From positions 1-6,495 of the forward strand of contig PWLL01000092.1 in the NCBI GenBank assembly GCA_003559395.1: 6,495 nucleotides of DNA. Reading direction: 5' to 3'. This DNA is from Candidatus Iainarchaeum sp. (GTDB lineage: Archaea > Iainarchaeota > Iainarchaeia > Iainarchaeales > CSSED10-239). The position numbers and the translations under genes are program-made. Under the pieces are notes generated by a model. It had not been told where the DNA came from and ran no database searches. It saw only the letters and a program-made list of their open reading frames with translations. Of this stretch, positions 4,790 to 6,495 are shown piece by piece (the first letter of the stretch is position 1; every line of letters begins with the position of its first letter).

Positions 4790-6001
4790 ATGGCTGAAAA
4801 CATATTTTATGAATTGTTAAACCAAGATTCTGTTTTTATTGACAAAACAAAGATTTCTCCACACTACACTCCTGTAAGTCTACCATTTAGAAATCAAGAA
4901 ATAAAAACTTTGTCTATTTGGTTGTCTCCTGTTCTTAAAAAAGCAAAGCCACATAACATTTTCATTTATGGTAAAGTTGGTACTGGAAAAACAACTGTTG
5001 TAAAACATGTAATCGATAATCTTTTATCTTGTTCAAAAGAACATTCTTTGCCCTTATATACCATCTACATAAATTGTCGAAACTTTCAAACAAAAAACGC
5101 TGTTCTTTTTTATTGTGTACAACATTTTTTTCCAAATAAAAACTTTGTTGGTTATTCTAAGTCTTTTATCTATGATAAATTTTTAACATACATAAAGGAG
5201 AAAGAACTTAACTTTATTGTTGTTCTTGATGAAGTAGATAAGATAAAAGAAAGAGAAATAGATGATCTAATTTATAGTCTTACAAGAACTAATGATGAGC
5301 TTGTTTTTGGTTCTGTTTCTGTGGTTGGTATTTCTAATAATCTTTTTTTTAAATCGAAGCTAGATTTAAGAACAAAAAGCAGTCTTTGTCAACAAGAGGC
5401 TGTGTTTCCTCCATATGATGCAGAGCAGTTAAAGGAGATTCTTAAACAAAGAGTGCCGTTAGCTTTTAAAGCAGAGGTGGTGGACGTTTCTGCAATCAAT
5501 GCGGCCGCTGCGTTGTCTGCTAAGGAGTCAGGTGACGCTAGAACTGCTGTTATGTTGTTGCTTAGAGCTGGCGAGCTTGCAGATCTTAATAAAGAAAAAA
5601 GAGTTACAGATCAGGATGTTTTAAAAGCAAAAGCAAAAGTTGAATCTGAGATTATAAAAAGTATGGTTCTTACTTTGCCTGTTCAGTTACAATTGGTTCT
5701 TTTAGCAATTTCAGAAAAATCATTATCTCCAAAAGCGATTCTTAAGATAACGGGTCAATTAGATTCAAATGTTTTATATTCTGGAGAAGTTTATGAAAAA
5801 TACGAAGAGCTTTGTAAAAAATATTCAGAAAAAGTAGTTTCAACAAGATGGTTTAGAGAATATATTAATGAGCTTGAAACTTATGGATTTATTACGACTA
5901 CAGTTTCAGGAAAAGGTGTAAAAGGCAACACCACCTTAATCAAGCTAGGATTTGATGCAAAGAATCTTGCAAACATGATTGTTAAGGAATTTTCTGAATA
6001 G
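4790..6001 (+). CDS. cdc6: Orc1/Cdc6 replication initiator (AAA+ ATPase with C-terminal winged helix)
   Basis: ISPHYTPVSLPFRNQEIKTLSIWLSPVL (cf. the archaeal Orc1 block L.P.Y.P..LPHRE.E...L). Walker A is IFIYGKVGTGKTT and Walker B is IVVLDEVD. The sensor-2 region is SGDARTAVMLLLRAGELA (cf. GDARRALDLLR.AGE.A). The C-terminal winged-helix block is ELETYGFITTTVSGKGVKGNTTLIKL. Confidence 0.92.
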   Translation: MAENIFYELLNQDSVFIDKTKISPHYTPVSLPFRNQEIKTLSIWLSPVLKKAKPHNIFIYGKVGTGKTTVVKHVIDNLLSCSKEHSLPLYTIYINCRNFQTKNAVLFYCVQHFFPNKNFVGYSKSFIYDKFLTYIKEKELNFIVVLDEVDKIKEREIDDLIYSLTRTNDELVFGSVSVVGISNNLFFKSKLDLRTKSSLCQQEAVFPPYDAEQLKEILKQRVPLAFKAEVVDVSAINAAAALSAKESGDARTAVMLLLRAGELADLNKEKRVTDQDVLKAKAKVESEIIKSMVLTLPVQLQLVLLAISEKSLSPKAILKITGQLDSNVLYSGEVYEKYEELCKKYSEKVVSTRWFREYINELETYGFITTTVSGKGVKGNTTLIKLGFDAKNLANMIVKEFSE

Positions 6002-6031
6002 TTTATAAACATTCTATTTAAATAGTTTTAT

Positions 6032-6052
6032 TTTCTATATATTATATATATA
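6032..6052 (+). promoter_or_regulatory. TATA-like element upstream of tRNA-Ser
   Basis: TTCTATATATTATATATATAA ends about 9 nt before, and is centred about 19-25 nt upstream of, the mature tRNA 5' end (6061). The background is AT-rich, so specificity is low. Confidence 0.3.
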
Positions 6053-6060
6053 ACAACTTT

Positions 6061-6143
6061 GCAGAGGTGGCGGAGTGGTCAAACGCGCTAGCTTGGAGAG
6101 CTAGAGTCTTACGACTACGCGAGTTCAAATCTCGTCCTCTGCG
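6061..6143 (+). tRNA. tRNA-Ser(GGA), type II (long variable arm), no encoded CCA
   Basis: I folded the cloverleaf by hand. The acceptor stem is GCAGAGG/CCTCTGC (6061-6067 with 6136-6142). The D-stem is a 3-bp GCG/CGC and the D-loop contains GG. The anticodon stem is CTAGC/GCTAG with loop TTGGAGA, giving anticodon GGA. The long variable arm is AGTCTTACGACTAC with a GTC/GAC stem. The T-arm is GCGAG-TTCAAAT-CTCGT. The discriminator is G6143. Confidence 0.9.
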
Positions 6144-6148
6144 TTTTT
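6144..6148 (+). terminator. T5 run directly after the tRNA discriminator base
   Basis: TTTTT at 6144-6148. Oligo-T is the usual termination signal after archaeal tRNA genes. The run is short, so the downstream gene (ATG 6162) may be reached by read-through. Confidence 0.35.
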
Positions 6149-6161
6149 CATGTGAGATAAA

Positions 6162-6491
6162 ATGAGTGAAACAATTACTTTTGAAGATTTTATGAAACTT
6201 GATATAAGGGTAGGTAAGATAGAGCTTGCAGAAAACATTAAAGATTCAAACAAACTACTAAGAATTGTTGTTGATTTTAATGATTTTAAAAAACAAGTGA
6301 TTGCAGGAATAGGAGATGTTTATCAACCAGAAGATCTGATTGGTTTAACAATTCCTGTTTTAGTAAATTTAGAACCTAAACAATTGTTTGGTTATGAAAG
6401 TCAAGGCATGATTTTGGCTGTTGGTGGAAAAAAAGTTTCTTCTTTACTTACTACTGATAAAGAAACTTTGCCAGGAGAACCAGTACATTAA
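6162..6491 (+). CDS. Stand-alone tRNA-binding domain protein (Trbp111/CsaA/MetRS C-terminal, EMAP-II-like OB fold)
   Basis: FEDFMKLDIRVGKIELAENIKDSNKLLRIVVDF...QVIAGIGDVYQPEDLIGLTIPVLVNLEPKQLFGYESQGMILA is the characteristic Trbp111/CsaA pattern (F..lDiRVGkI..ae......kLl.l.VD.G....qiv.gi...Y.pe.L.G......vNL.P..l.G..S.GMiLa). At 109 aa it is a complete free-standing domain. Confidence 0.8.
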   Translation: MSETITFEDFMKLDIRVGKIELAENIKDSNKLLRIVVDFNDFKKQVIAGIGDVYQPEDLIGLTIPVLVNLEPKQLFGYESQGMILAVGGKKVSSLLTTDKETLPGEPVH

Positions 6492-6495
6492 TTTT

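Noticed and set aside
5471-5484. GCAGAGGTGGtGGA inside orc1 matches the first 14 nt of tRNA-Ser (6061-6074, GCAGAGGTGGcGGA) at 13 of 14 positions. I considered a tRNA-derived fragment or an att-like duplication.
   Set aside because: The orc1 copy encodes conserved protein sequence (AEVVD) in frame. Further similarity to the tRNA is limited to scattered 5-6-mers with inconsistent spacing. No integrase or other mobile-element gene is nearby. It is most likely chance between two locally GC-rich segments.
5450-5590. A GC-rich island (about 50% G+C by hand count over 5451-5580, including a NotI site GCGGCCGC at 5501-5508) within the otherwise AT-rich orc1. I considered a recombination patch or an embedded nucleic-acid element.
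   Set aside because: It encodes the Ala/Gly/Val/Arg-rich, highly conserved sensor-2/lid region (AINAAAALSAKESGDARTAVMLLLRAGELA), which forces G/C at codon positions 1-2. Third-position G/C is only modestly raised in my hand tally (about 19 of 47 codons, against about 11 of 47 at the gene start). I found no convincing extended secondary structure.
6014-6025. A perfect 12-bp palindrome CTATTTAAATAG between orc1 and tRNA-Ser.
   Set aside because: It is purely AT-rich apart from its ends, short, and unique in the window. It overlaps the zone where the orc1 transcript should end and where tRNA promoter elements are expected. The evidence is too thin to call it an operator or ORB.
1-6495. A search for CRISPR repeats, IS or transposon ends, integrases, toxin-antitoxin pairs or known defence genes.
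   Set aside because: I saw no regularly spaced direct repeats, no long terminal inverted repeats, and no ORF with recombinase, nuclease or defence signatures. All long ORFs are accounted for by housekeeping functions plus one unknown membrane protein.

Overview
This is an AT-rich, tightly packed window that reads as a small-genome archaeon. The grounds are an Orc1/Cdc6 initiator, a short archaeal-type SepF, a type-II tRNA-Ser with no encoded CCA, and oligo-T tracts after genes. A DPANN-like lineage is my inference only. Left to right the window holds: the 5' end of a minus-strand membrane-anchored protein; a tRNA-dihydrouridine synthase (Dus); a minus-strand two-gene operon of sepF plus an uncharacterised 242-aa tail-anchored protein; a 243-bp divergent intergenic region containing a very T/G-skewed tract; a translationally coupled thiI-mnmA pair (tRNA s4U and s2U thiolases); orc1/cdc6; tRNA-Ser(GGA); and a Trbp111/CsaA-type tRNA-binding protein. 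I found no CRISPR array, transposase, integrase, toxin or recognisable defence gene, so most of the window is housekeeping. Four points deserve a second look. (1) The unknown internally duplicated membrane protein is co-transcribed with sepF and is a candidate divisome partner. (2) A bacterial-family MnmA of the CxxC...C type sits in an archaeal context and is coupled to a rhodanese-less ThiI. (3) The 136-nt T/G tract lies at the point where gene orientation diverges, 2.3 kb from orc1, and could be an origin or an ncRNA. (4) There is no obvious ORB-type origin directly next to orc1. All functional calls come from motif recognition by eye; no searches were run.
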